Assembly: GCA_027623195.1 (NCBI GenBank)
Contig: JAQBUT010000024.1
Span: 1-46,866, forward strand
DNA: 46,866 nucleotides
Origin: Chloroflexota bacterium
GTDB lineage: Bacteria > Chloroflexota > Dehalococcoidia > Lucifugimonadales > JADFKI01
Direction: 5' to 3'
The notes below the pieces were generated by a model, which was not told the DNA's origin, made no database searches, and worked only from the letters and a program-made list of their open reading frames with translations. Each line of letters opens with the position of its first letter. The first letter of the stretch is position 1. Positions 10,830 through 20,334 of the stretch are shown here, piece after piece. Both the position numbers and the translations under genes were made by a program.

Positions 10830-11051
10830 TTTTTAGCCTTTCAAATTCTGTGGTCCATATTTCGGGACCACCCTCAACGCCTGTCGAAGCGCCCATCGAT
10901 GAGTTGTCGGAACGAGTCAGTCCGGGCAACTGCAGGCCTAAGCACCCGCATGAACATGGTGTAGGTCACACTAATTTGCAGGCGATGGTTTGTCAATAGA
11001 ATGGCCCCGCCTGCTGCATCCCACAAGGTACGGTTACGACCGCAACACGGC

Positions 11052-11918
11052 TTACTCTCTCTGATCACCAATAAACGACTTGAGAGATTCGAAATAGTCG
11101 TTCCCACCCGCTATGTAAGTGTCGTTGTGGTGCGCGCCCTCGATCATGTACAGACGCTTGGGCTCATTGGCCTCATCAAAAAGCTCCACGCCCATTTCAG
11201 GGGGTACAGTCTGGTCTACTTCGCCATGAATCACCATGAAGGGGCTGGTCACGAGGGGAATTTTGGCCAAGGATTCATACCTGCTATTCAGCAACAACGA
11301 AACCGGCACTAACCTGGAAAGGACGGGGTGAGACCACCGGGCCATATCTTTTAACGACGTAAACGGCGACTCAAGTATTATCCCTCGAAAGTCCCGCCTT
11401 GTGCCCATCTCCACGGCCACCGCAGCGCCTATCGACCGGCCGAACAGGATCAGATCCTCTTCCACATTCACGTCCGGCCGCGTCTTCAGGTAGGCGATGG
11501 CTGCTTCAGCATCCAGGTACATGCCGTTCTCGGAGGGGCTGCCCTCGCTGAGCCCGTATCCCCTGTAATCAAAAATGAATACGTTTACGCCAACCGTGTT
11601 ATTCAGCAGCAGTATGTTATCGACTCGGTCCCCTACGTTTCCTGCGTTGCCATGAAACCACAGAAGCGTTGTATTGCCGTCTCCCGGCACAAACCAGCCG
11701 TTTAGCATTACGCCATCGGAGGTCCGAAAGCTGACGTCCTCAAATGGCAATCCAACATCACTAGGACTCGCGAGGACATGTTTAGATGGGAAAAAGACCA
11801 GTTGCCTATCTAGCAATTTCACTTGCCTCACCATTACGGCCACCAGAGCCAGCCCGACCAGCGCTACCAGCAAAGCCCTCAGCACACGTATCAGTCCCAC
11901 GAAAGTTAGAAGAGGCAA
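11052..11918 (-). CDS. Membrane-anchored alpha/beta hydrolase (ABHD13/BEM46-like)
   Basis: N-terminal TM segment; FHGNAGN, DYRGYG, GRSIG nucleophile, HGEVD, GAHHND. Confidence 0.9.
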   Translation of the reverse strand: MPLLTFVGLIRVLRALLVALVGLALVAVMVRQVKLLDRQLVFFPSKHVLASPSDVGLPFEDVSFRTSDGVMLNGWFVPGDGNTTLLWFHGNAGNVGDRVDNILLLNNTVGVNVFIFDYRGYGLSEGSPSENGMYLDAEAAIAYLKTRPDVNVEEDLILFGRSIGAAVAVEMGTRRDFRGIILESPFTSLKDMARWSHPVLSRLVPVSLLLNSRYESLAKIPLVTSPFMVIHGEVDQTVPPEMGVELFDEANEPKRLYMIEGAHHNDTYIAGGNDYFESLKSFIGDQRE

Positions 11919-12254
11919 CGATGTAGCTCCGCATCAGTAGGGTCTTTCACTTTCGAATCGAGCCTCCAGAAAAGCCGAAAGAATATATCTCCCACATTTA
12001 AGCAAGTCTGCCGCGGGCCTGCCCCAGAAAATACTCATGAAATGCTCACATTTTCTTCCACCCGCTCACGCCATCCTCATGCGCTATTAGCGATATTAGT
12101 ATGGCCGGAGAGACTTTGGTTCTACAAGCCATTTGGGGGGTAGCCCCTGACGCGGAGGGCAGGCAACATAAGTTCGCGTCGGGACTGGGCCATTGTCTTC
12201 CCCGGCGCTCGTTACGGCTAAGGCACGCGCACGATAAGAGTGGGAGGCGCAATC

Positions 12255-13274
12255 TTGTTTAACAAAATCCTGGTTCCCTTGGATGGAAGCGAAATGACGG
12301 AGGGCATTCTGCCATTCGTTTCTCACCTCGCCCAACAACTGGGTTCCCAAATCACCCTCCTGACGGTGATCAACCCGGAGAGGGTGCAGGTTCCGCCTGT
12401 GGAAGAAGGTAGGCACCACTCCGCAGAGGACTACCGCCTAGGCATGACCCCGACCGACCCCAAGCTGGGCGGCGCTACTAAAACTGCTACGCGTATAGGG
12501 CCATATGTCTCGCAACTCCTTGAGCAGGGAGAAAGAATGGCCGCTGACCGGCTGGGCTCGCTTGCCGAGGGTTTGAAGGATGACAAGACACCTGACCTCA
12601 AGGTCACTACGAAGATACTGCTGGGCAACAGTGCCGAAGAGATAGTCCGGTTCGCTAATAACGAAGGCTTCGGCTTGATAGCCATGGCCACACACGGCAG
12701 GACTACGCTTGGCCGAGGAATATTAGGAAGCGTTTCAGACACTGTATTACGCATGAGCAGGGTCCCGGTAATGGCCCTGCGACCGGACGAGGCGGAGAAG
12801 TATTGGAGCAAGTCGATCAAGGTAGAAAACGTCATCGTGCCGCTGGATGGCACAAAGCTATCCGAAAGTGTTTTGCCCTACGCCGAGGTTATAGGCAGAC
12901 GGCTGGGGGCAACCCTGCTCCTAACCAGGGTCGTGGATATCGGGGCGTTTTCCATGCCAATGGACGGCTACCGATATATCAGCCCAATTCCTCTGGGCGA
13001 TGAGTTGGGCGAAGAGTCCAACGAATACCTTGAAACATTGGCCCAAGGGCTGCGTTCCGACGGTCTGAAAGTGGAGTGGAAAACGACCTGGGGCACGGCC
13101 GCAAGAGCGATAAACAATCTTGCTCATGAAACGCCCAACAACCTGGTGCTTATGGCAACTCACGGCCGGTCTGGTATGGGCAGATGGCTCATGGGAAGTG
13201 TCACGGACAAGGTCGTAAGGTCCTCCGGGGACCCTGTGCTGATAGTGCCACTGCCACAGGCCCATGAAAACTAA
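12255..13274 (+). CDS. Tandem universal stress protein (2x USP)
   Basis: Two copies of ILVPLDGS/T...MATHGR.G..R..GSV...V.R; GGAGG SD before TTG at 12255. Confidence 0.92.
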   Translation: MFNKILVPLDGSEMTEGILPFVSHLAQQLGSQITLLTVINPERVQVPPVEEGRHHSAEDYRLGMTPTDPKLGGATKTATRIGPYVSQLLEQGERMAADRLGSLAEGLKDDKTPDLKVTTKILLGNSAEEIVRFANNEGFGLIAMATHGRTTLGRGILGSVSDTVLRMSRVPVMALRPDEAEKYWSKSIKVENVIVPLDGTKLSESVLPYAEVIGRRLGATLLLTRVVDIGAFSMPMDGYRYISPIPLGDELGEESNEYLETLAQGLRSDGLKVEWKTTWGTAARAINNLAHETPNNLVLMATHGRSGMGRWLMGSVTDKVVRSSGDPVLIVPLPQAHEN

Positions 13275-13305
13275 TCCGGGGTGAACTGGCTAAGAGGAGG
13301 TAACC

Positions 13306-13785
13306 ATGAAAGCTAAAGATATTATGACAACGCCGTTAATCACGATTAGTGATGATTCCACCATTGGCGAGGCGGCGGACGTAATGATTGAGCGAAAACT
13401 CAGTTGTCTGCCAGTGCTAGGCAAGAATGGCACTCTGGTCGGCATAATTACGCATTCCGACTTCGGGCTGCGACGGGAGAGGCTACCTCACGGGGAATCG
13501 CTGTTCACGATGATGGGGCATTGGGCTGAGCCTGCGGCCATGGAACGCGTCACTACAGAGCTGAAATCCAAGCTGGTAAAAGAGGTCGTGCACGAGCCCG
13601 TCACTACCGTAGAAGAGGAGACGCCCATCGAAGACCTGCTCAAGCTTATGGTCGACGAAAGGATTAACCGCCTACCGGTGATGAGGGGAGACAGGATGGT
13701 GGGCATAATCACGCGGCACGATCTGCTCAAGCTCCTCATTAGCCACCCCATGACGTCCAAGCTCTGGACTCCGGCCCGGACTTGA
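13306..13785 (+). CDS. CBS-domain pair protein
   Basis: AKDIMT..., LPV...LVGIIT..D and LPV...MVGIITRHDLL; SD AGGAGG. Confidence 0.92.
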   Translation: MKAKDIMTTPLITISDDSTIGEAADVMIERKLSCLPVLGKNGTLVGIITHSDFGLRRERLPHGESLFTMMGHWAEPAAMERVTTELKSKLVKEVVHEPVTTVEEETPIEDLLKLMVDERINRLPVMRGDRMVGIITRHDLLKLLISHPMTSKLWTPART

Positions 13786-13816
13786 CCCTTAAAACTAAAT
13801 GCCCCTCAGACATCCC

Positions 13817-13852
13817 AAGGGACGGCCAACAAAGCCGTCCCTTCGTCTTTTT
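13817..13852 (+). terminator. Intrinsic terminator of USP-CBS operon
   Basis: AAGGGACGGC / GCCGTCCCTT 10-bp stem followed by CGTCTTTTT. Confidence 0.7.
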
Positions 13853-13952
13853 CCGAACCGCTGGTATAATCGCTGCCAAAATCTCACGAATCCACATATG
13901 ACGCGGAGCGACATCTGCCCGCCTGCGTTACAGCGCCTATTTTGGATCCGCG

Positions 13953-14624
13953 TTAAGGGGTGTCTCCTGGCGACATAGAGACAAGCCCTTTTCTCAGGGC
14001 ATACAGGATGGCCTGGGTCCTATCATTCACCTGGAGCTTGGAGAAGATGTTGGCTATGTGATTCTTCACCGTCTTCTCGCTGATGATCAGCTTACCCGCG
14101 ATCTCCCTATTGCTAAGGCCATCGGCGGCCAATTGAAGCACCTGAAGCTCCCGTCCTGTAAGCTCCTGGTAGGGCAGCCCCGTTTGCTGTCGTCGAGGAT
14201 CTCTTCCGAAGTACTCCATCACCTTTTTGGCGATGATTGGGCATAAGATGACTTCACCTCGATGGGCCGCCTCTATGGCCCTTCGCAACTCTTCCGGCTC
14301 TGCCTCTTTGAGCACATATCCCCGGGCGCCTGCCCGCATCCCGGAGAAGACCGACTCATAGTCGTCGAAAATGGTGACCAGAACGACGCCAATGTGGGGA
14401 TTTTCCTGGAGGATCTGACCCGTAGCCTCAATGCCGTTTAATACCGGCATTTTAATGTCCATCAGTATGACGTCTGGGACCAACTCGCGGGCCTGATTCA
14501 CCGCCTCCTCACCGCTGGCCGCCTCTCCCACCACCACAAAGCCCTGCATCTGCTCCAAAAGGTTAGAAATGCCCTTGCGGAAGAGGGTGTGGTCATCCGC
14601 TAAGAGAACTTGGATAGGCTCCAA
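13953..14624 (-). CDS. NarL/LuxR-family response regulator
   Basis: Receiver (LLADDH, ILMDIKMP, GYVLK) plus LuxR HTH (LTGRELQVL..G.SNREIA..L.ISEKTVKNHI.NIFSKL). Confidence 0.95.
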   Translation of the reverse strand: MEPIQVLLADDHTLFRKGISNLLEQMQGFVVVGEAASGEEAVNQARELVPDVILMDIKMPVLNGIEATGQILQENPHIGVVLVTIFDDYESVFSGMRAGARGYVLKEAEPEELRRAIEAAHRGEVILCPIIAKKVMEYFGRDPRRQQTGLPYQELTGRELQVLQLAADGLSNREIAGKLIISEKTVKNHIANIFSKLQVNDRTQAILYALRKGLVSMSPGDTP

Positions 14625-15930
14625 CTTCCACCCCCATTGAAGGAATGTACATGTTTACCTGGCAACCTCTTCCGGGGCTGGTTTGTACCGAGAAGCTCCC
14701 ACCCAGTAGTTCCGCCCTCTCCTGCATGTTCAGGAGACCGTGGCCACTCTCTACGGTTCCATAGACTACTCTATTTTTGTCAAAGCCCCGTCCATCGTCC
14801 TTGATCCTTAGCTCCATGCCTGCATCCATAACCTGTAGGCTTACGCCCACATGGCTCGCCTTCGCGTGTTTCTGGATGTTGTTCAGACACTCTTGGACTA
14901 CTCGAAATACGGTGACCTCGGTGACGGGAGCAAGTGTTAGTTCTTGGGGCGACTCAAACGTCGCCTCTATAGCCGCCTGTTGGCCAAACCGTTCCACCTG
15001 TTGCTTGACGGCGCCTGTAAGGCCCAACTGGTCCAATGCTAGTGGTCTCAGATCGTATATGAGCTCTCGAATACCCTGTATATGCCCTTTCAGGCCTTGG
15101 GCGATCTCTTCCAACTGCCCCTCACATCGCTCTGGATCAGTACGAATGATGTACTGACACGCCCTGATGTTGTTGCCGATCGATGCGAGAGAGGGACCAA
15201 GACCATCGTGTAGCTCTCTGGAAATGCGGCGGCGCTCCTCCTCCTGGGCCAGAGTCACATGGGTGAATCGTTCTTGTATCGCACGGGCTCGCTCCTCAGC
15301 CAGGATTGCCTCTTGGAGCTTGAACAGGTCTCCTGCCGTCTCGTTGATGCTATCGGCCAGCTCTCCCAGCTCATCCTCATTTTCTACATTCACACTCTCC
15401 GAGAAATCCCCCGAGGCCATTCTTTGCATGCCCCGTCTCATCACATGCACCGGGTCGATCACCGACCACGCCATCGCCGCGCCGACGGTCGCAGCGGTAA
15501 GAACGCCGAGCACATCCAGATAGGGTATCAATTTGAAAAAGAAGGTATGATTGGTGTCTTCCAGTTCATTTACAGCTTGATAGACCTCTTGAAACTGGGA
15601 TGGCCCCAGGTCCTGGATTGTGTGAAGCTCGTCGTGCATAAAATTCATCGCCTGCACGTGGATAAAGGTAACCATAAGGAAAAGACCGGCTATTACGGTG
15701 ATTGCGACCTCTTGCTTCCATCGTATGCTGTAGCCAAGGCGGGCGATAAACCGAGAGAGGGGCCTGATGGAGTACCGTAGGACCAGGTAAATGAGCCCCA
15801 GCAGGAGGATTATTGGTATTAGCCCAAAACCAGACAAACTTAGGGTCCCCATCGCCACACCCAGGCCGGAAACGAAAATCAGGTGTTTTAGGCCGATGGA
15901 AATCGAGCGATTCTTGAATACAAACACCAT
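14593..15930 (-). CDS. Membrane sensor histidine kinase, HAMP-HisKA_3-HATPase
   Basis: Multiple TM helices, HAMP (DELGELA), EERRRISRELHDGLG H-box, QECLNNIQKHA, DDGRGF, GHGLLNMQER. Confidence 0.93.
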   Translation of the reverse strand: MVFVFKNRSISIGLKHLIFVSGLGVAMGTLSLSGFGLIPIILLLGLIYLVLRYSIRPLSRFIARLGYSIRWKQEVAITVIAGLFLMVTFIHVQAMNFMHDELHTIQDLGPSQFQEVYQAVNELEDTNHTFFFKLIPYLDVLGVLTAATVGAAMAWSVIDPVHVMRRGMQRMASGDFSESVNVENEDELGELADSINETAGDLFKLQEAILAEERARAIQERFTHVTLAQEEERRRISRELHDGLGPSLASIGNNIRACQYIIRTDPERCEGQLEEIAQGLKGHIQGIRELIYDLRPLALDQLGLTGAVKQQVERFGQQAAIEATFESPQELTLAPVTEVTVFRVVQECLNNIQKHAKASHVGVSLQVMDAGMELRIKDDGRGFDKNRVVYGTVESGHGLLNMQERAELLGGSFSVQTSPGRGCQVNMYIPSMGVEVGAYPSSLSG

Positions 15931-16125
15931 ATTCTTATCCTGCTCCTCTCAACCTTGTAGAGACGACCGTGGGCATACGTGTAGCACCCTTTGCCACTAG
16001 GGCAATGAACAAAAACGGTCGCCCATGCTTAGCCATACTCTCCTGATCCATGGTACGCAGAGTATAACAATTATTTTTCTCATAATAATCTTGCAATACT
16101 CTTTGTCAGACAGCCTCTAACCGAC

Positions 16126-16551
16126 CTACTCAACTACAGTTATGGTGATCGTGTCGGTAATCGCCGGGGCGTAGGAGACGTGATTACCTTGAGCAAACAG
16201 CAACGTAATTTTGTGCTCCCCTGGAGGTAGATCCTGGGTAGTCTCCATCTGGCCTCCACCAAAATGGAGGTGCCGTTCGTCTGAAGGGATCGGCTGGTCA
16301 AGAGGTGGTAGATCCGCATCGACAATCAGGTGATGGTGTCCGTAGCCGTCACGGACTCCCTGGCTTGCCGGCTCCACTGTCACCTCTTCAGTACCCATTC
16401 TCACGGTGAAGGGGCTGACCACCTCAGCTCCGTCCTGCGGTTCTATGAAGTTGACTTTGCTCGCGGGTTCTTCGTTATCACAAGCCGCCAGCGATACGAT
16501 TGATATGCCCAGAACAACAGCAATCCACAAACTAGACAAAAACTTCATCAT
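16126..16551 (-). CDS. DUF4399-like His-rich lipoprotein
   Basis: Lipobox LAA-C; V.FIEP.DGAEV.SPF.V, GHHHLIVD, HFGGGQ, LPPGEH..TL..A.G.H; strong SD. Confidence 0.8.
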   Translation of the reverse strand: MMKFLSSLWIAVVLGISIVSLAACDNEEPASKVNFIEPQDGAEVVSPFTVRMGTEEVTVEPASQGVRDGYGHHHLIVDADLPPLDQPIPSDERHLHFGGGQMETTQDLPPGEHKITLLFAQGNHVSYAPAITDTITITVVE

Positions 16552-16723
16552 TGAAGACCCTCCTCCCTAATAATGCCTATATTTTAGTGGTGTGAGCCTT
16601 GATTGAAATGAGTCCCTGGCCCCATTACGGCTAGGCCATAATGCCCAGGGAGAGGACAAGCCGCTCGGCTCAATTTCCAGCGATGCTGGCCCTAACGGTT
16701 TGCTCACAAAAAAGTCACCGATG

Positions 16724-16767
16724 TCACCTGATTATCTCCGTCTGTTGACCTGTTATTCACCTGATAA
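16724..16767. promoter_or_regulatory. 11-bp-phased direct repeats T(C/G)ACCTG(A/T)T
   Basis: TCACCTGAT at 16724, TGACCTGTT at 16746 and TCACCTGAT at 16757 (offsets 22 and 11 nt). Confidence 0.45.
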
Positions 16768-16817
16768 TTCCCCTAAAGATGGTTCTATGGAGTTACCCTA
16801 AATTCGGAGGTAGCTCG

Positions 16818-16964
16818 GTGAGAGCATCCATAGTGGCCGTTAAACATACCGGCATTAGCTTCGGTGCACTGGTGTTCAGCTTCTTTACGCTCTTGATGAT
16901 CAACGCCATAATCATCCTTCCGGTGGGCCTGATGGTGCAGGACTTCCTTCGCGCCCTTATATAG
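16818..16964 (+). CDS. Small hydrophobic membrane peptide (48 aa)
   Basis: SD GGAGGT 6 nt before GTG at 16818; long hydrophobic stretch ISFGALVFSFFTLLMINAIIILPVGLMV. Confidence 0.55.
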   Translation: MRASIVAVKHTGISFGALVFSFFTLLMINAIIILPVGLMVQDFLRALI

Positions 16965-17167
16965 TTCTGAAGGTCCGCCGCCCTAAGGCGATTTTCCAAC
17001 CTGATAATTAGAAAACAGGTTGTTTTCGTCGGAGCATGCCGCAGCATCGCTCACGTCGAATGCCGACGATTCACGCCCCTGGCTGCTGTTTCCACCTTCT
17101 TCGCCTCCGCATTATGAGTGGTGATTCCCCCTTGCCTCTCGCGCTGCTATCATCTAGCCACAAGACT

Positions 17168-18016
17168 ATGTTGATCGATTTTCACACGCACATCTTCCCA
17201 CCTGAGTTCAGCGCCAACAGGACTCGCTACATCGATGCCGACAGCACCTTTGGCGCACTATACGCCGATCCCAAGGCACGCATAGCTACGGCCGAAGACC
17301 TGATTGCGGCTATGGACGAAGACGGGGTGGACACTGTGGTGGTGATGGGAATCGGATGGGCCGACATGGGCGTCGCAAGCGAGGCCAACGACTACATCAT
17401 TGACGCCATAGGACGCTTCCCCAACAGACTTGTGGGCTTTGCAGGCATCAACCCCGCCTGGAGCGCCGGTGCCGTGCGAGAGTTGGTCCGATGCGCTGAT
17501 GCCGGATTACGCGGGGTTGGCGAGTTGCACCCCGATTCCCAGAGATTCGACCTGGGCGACGCACAGGCCATGGCCTCCGTCATGGAGGTAGTTCAAGCCA
17601 ATAACCTGATATTGACCACCCATTCGTCGGAGCCTGTGGGCCATAACTACCAGGGCAAGGGCAACACGAGACCGGATGTCCTCTGGCGATTCATCCAGAA
17701 TTTCCCGGATGCAACGGTCGTGTGCGCGCACTGGGGTGGCGGACTGCCCTTCTACGCACTAATGCCCGAGGTGAAGGAATCTCTGGCCAACGTTTACTTC
17801 GACACCGCTGCATCGCCATTTCTATACGCACCAAACGTATTCGAGACGGTGGTCCGGCTTGTCGGAGGGGGGAAGATACTGATGGGTAGCGACTACGCTC
17901 TTTTGCGGCCCGCAAGGCTCATCAAGCAGATCGAGGAGTCCTCATTAACTGCGGAAGACAAAGCGGCTATTTTGGGCGGCAACGCCGAAAGGCTGCTGGG
18001 GCTTTCTGGCGGATAA
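17168..18016 (+). CDS. Amidohydrolase_2 family metal-dependent hydrolase
   Basis: IDFHTH, GVGELHP, CAHWGGG, YFDTA, MGSDY, ILGGNA. The likely start is ATG 17168. Confidence 0.9.
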   Translation: MLIDFHTHIFPPEFSANRTRYIDADSTFGALYADPKARIATAEDLIAAMDEDGVDTVVVMGIGWADMGVASEANDYIIDAIGRFPNRLVGFAGINPAWSAGAVRELVRCADAGLRGVGELHPDSQRFDLGDAQAMASVMEVVQANNLILTTHSSEPVGHNYQGKGNTRPDVLWRFIQNFPDATVVCAHWGGGLPFYALMPEVKESLANVYFDTAASPFLYAPNVFETVVRLVGGGKILMGSDYALLRPARLIKQIEESSLTAEDKAAILGGNAERLLGLSGG

Positions 18017-18142
18017 TAGGCCGCTGGCCCATGCACGACAAGGCGATACAGGCTTGCCACGAACGTAGGCAATGACGTTCGTCCTTAGCCTGACAAAGGG
18101 TAACCCGCGCGAGTTTGGCACTTCTTTCGTGAGTCTCTGCTC

Positions 18143-19330
18143 CTAGCCCTCTTTCGGTCGGAATATGCCGAATGAGCTTGTGTAGCCGTGCAGGAAGGTC
18201 GAACCTCCCACAGGCCCAATCTCACCGTTGCAGAAGAATCCGGTCAGAGGCAGATCGCCCACGATTTCCTTGAACATATCGGTGTCATGATCGGCCCGGC
18301 CATAGAGGTATGCGCCGCGACCCAGGCACGAGAAAAGAAGCGCTCCGGAATCGGCGTGCGGGGTATGATTGGCCATGTACTGCTCCAGCATGGCATCCAG
18401 GTCCTGCGATGAGGTCTTTGCATCCCGTAGGTGAAACTGGACAGTCTGCCCCTCTTTGAGCCGTTCGCCCACCGCCAGGACACCCTTCTGAGCATCCACA
18501 CCGATGATATTTCTAATGAGAAAGTCTCCCTGTTGAGGGGAGTCATTGAACTCGTCCATAACGACGCCCATGAACAGCGAGTTCTGGGCTAGCTCCCTAT
18601 CCCTCTCCTCCAGGCCCGCGAATATCTCTCGCAGGACTTCAAATGGCGTTCGCCCATCTACCTCGGTAAGCAGGTTCTTCTCGCAACCGGTCACCTGCAT
18701 CGGCTCACCGATGGGCCGGCACCCCTGGGCGACGACCGTATCCACCACGATATTGCCGCTCAGAGAAATACCTACAGCGCCGGAATTATGCACGGCGTCA
18801 CCCAGATATAGGGCGTTGCCGCCATCCTGACGGGCTCCGCTGGCCAGGCCTCCGATCTTTGCCCTGTTAGGGAAGGCATAGTCCAGCCCCATTAACAGCT
18901 TTTCACCATCCACGCTGAAGGGGTCGGCAAGAATCAGAAAATCGGCCTCCTGCCCCCAGGGTGTGCTCACCAGGCCTCCCCACTCCTCGGGAGGGGCGTC
19001 GCCATCAGGGAACGCGTCGCTTTCGATGTGGAAAGGGTTTAGCTGAACGCCAGGCAATAGAGCTGCGGTTATGGCGAAGCCCGGCCTCTGCTCAATCTCG
19101 GTGCCGGACCCTATGACGCCTCCGCCGGAGCAACCTAAAAGAAGCGTTGGCCCGAAATGATCACCGATCAACTGTGGCAAAGCGTCGTACTCAGGTGAGT
19201 GGTGTGCCGACACGAATGCCACAACCAGGTCTGGAATGCCCTCGCCCAGTTCGTTGTGGATGCTGTAGGCCGTTTCCGCAACGGCTTCCGTGAGCGAATA
19301 CTTATCTGATACCGCTGAGCTCCACTTCAT
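18143..19330 (-). CDS. FIST N/C domain sensory protein (NosP-like)
   Basis: LLGCSGGGVIG, IGGLASG, VAQGCRPIG, FLIRN, FSCLGRG, GFFCNGEIGP, LHGYT. Confidence 0.9.
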   Translation of the reverse strand: MKWSSAVSDKYSLTEAVAETAYSIHNELGEGIPDLVVAFVSAHHSPEYDALPQLIGDHFGPTLLLGCSGGGVIGSGTEIEQRPGFAITAALLPGVQLNPFHIESDAFPDGDAPPEEWGGLVSTPWGQEADFLILADPFSVDGEKLLMGLDYAFPNRAKIGGLASGARQDGGNALYLGDAVHNSGAVGISLSGNIVVDTVVAQGCRPIGEPMQVTGCEKNLLTEVDGRTPFEVLREIFAGLEERDRELAQNSLFMGVVMDEFNDSPQQGDFLIRNIIGVDAQKGVLAVGERLKEGQTVQFHLRDAKTSSQDLDAMLEQYMANHTPHADSGALLFSCLGRGAYLYGRADHDTDMFKEIVGDLPLTGFFCNGEIGPVGGSTFLHGYTSSFGIFRPKEG

Positions 19331-19494
19331 TAAGCGCCCCCTGTTCCCAGTATTAAGCCGGAACTCGCAAATTCGAATGCCACAAGTTCCGCTATTTTAT
19401 CAGACGCCAGAATTTCGAGTTATATGCCTAGCCTTTCGTACCGAGTGCCTAAAGGCTAAAATGGCATCCAATAAGAACTTTGGGGGTCGCGGTG

Positions 19495-20328
19495 ATGCAG
19501 AGACTGAAAGACCAAGTGGCCATTGTCACAGGCGGGGCGTCAGGCATTGGTGGGGCTACTTGTCGAAGACTGGCCGAGGACGGAGCTAAAGTACTAATTG
19601 CGGATATCGATGTTCCTGCGGCCGAGGCTAACGCAGCAAAGATAAGGGACGCCGGCGGCACCGCCGAGGTCCTGAAAGCCGACGTAGGCAGTCACGACGA
19701 CATACGCAACATGGTGCGGACGGCTGTGGACCGATGGGGCCGACTGGATATCTTAGTGAACAACGCCTACAGCCCGGCGCATGGCGCTGGGGGCTCAGCC
19801 CTGGATGTGACTGAGGAGGCGTGGGACATTGGCATGAGCCTGCTGGTGAAGTCCATATTCCTGGGGACCAAGTACGCGGTGCCGGAGATGCAGAAAATCG
19901 GAGGCGGCAACATCGTGAACATAGCCTCGGTACATGGCCTGCTCATGGCGCCCGAAAGGCTGGTTTACGAGGCGGGCAAATCTGCGGTGATAGGAATGAC
20001 TAAGCAGATGGCCACGGACTTCGGCCCCATGGGTATTAGGGTGAACGCCATATGCCCCGGTCACATCGTCACAGAACGCCTGGAGGAGCAGTGGGCGGGC
20101 AACCCCACGGGACTCCAATTCTTCGAAGACCAGTACCCGTTGCGCAAGGTGGGCCGCCCGGTAGACATAGGCAACTCGATAGCGTTCCTGTGCTCGGACG
20201 AGGCATCGTTTATAACCGGCCACGCGCTGGTGGTGGATGGCGGGCTCACGGTACAGTTGCAAGAGGACTTTGGGGTAAGGCAAGCCCACTACCTTACGCA
20301 AAATCCTGATACCCAGATGCCTTTTTAG
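19495..20328 (+). CDS. Short-chain dehydrogenase/reductase
   Basis: TGGASGIG, LVNNA, YEAGK (YxxxK), RVNAICPG, VDGG. Confidence 0.95.
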   Translation: MQRLKDQVAIVTGGASGIGGATCRRLAEDGAKVLIADIDVPAAEANAAKIRDAGGTAEVLKADVGSHDDIRNMVRTAVDRWGRLDILVNNAYSPAHGAGGSALDVTEEAWDIGMSLLVKSIFLGTKYAVPEMQKIGGGNIVNIASVHGLLMAPERLVYEAGKSAVIGMTKQMATDFGPMGIRVNAICPGHIVTERLEEQWAGNPTGLQFFEDQYPLRKVGRPVDIGNSIAFLCSDEASFITGHALVVDGGLTVQLQEDFGVRQAHYLTQNPDTQMPF

Positions 20329-20334
20329 GCCCTC

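Noticed and set aside
10981..11010. GGCGATGG resembling the start of a fluoride riboswitch
   Set aside because: Lacks the following complementary CGCC and the TGAT/C pseudoknot elements, and there is no + strand gene downstream.
12107..12145. GGAGAGAC resembling a glycine riboswitch 5' end
   Set aside because: No CCGAAG or CTCTCAGG elements follow.
17036..17167. Long N-terminal extensions in the ORF track (also 3034, 12240, 21545, 34023)
   Set aside because: Family-typical starts and SD or promoter signals lie downstream, so coordinates were trimmed.
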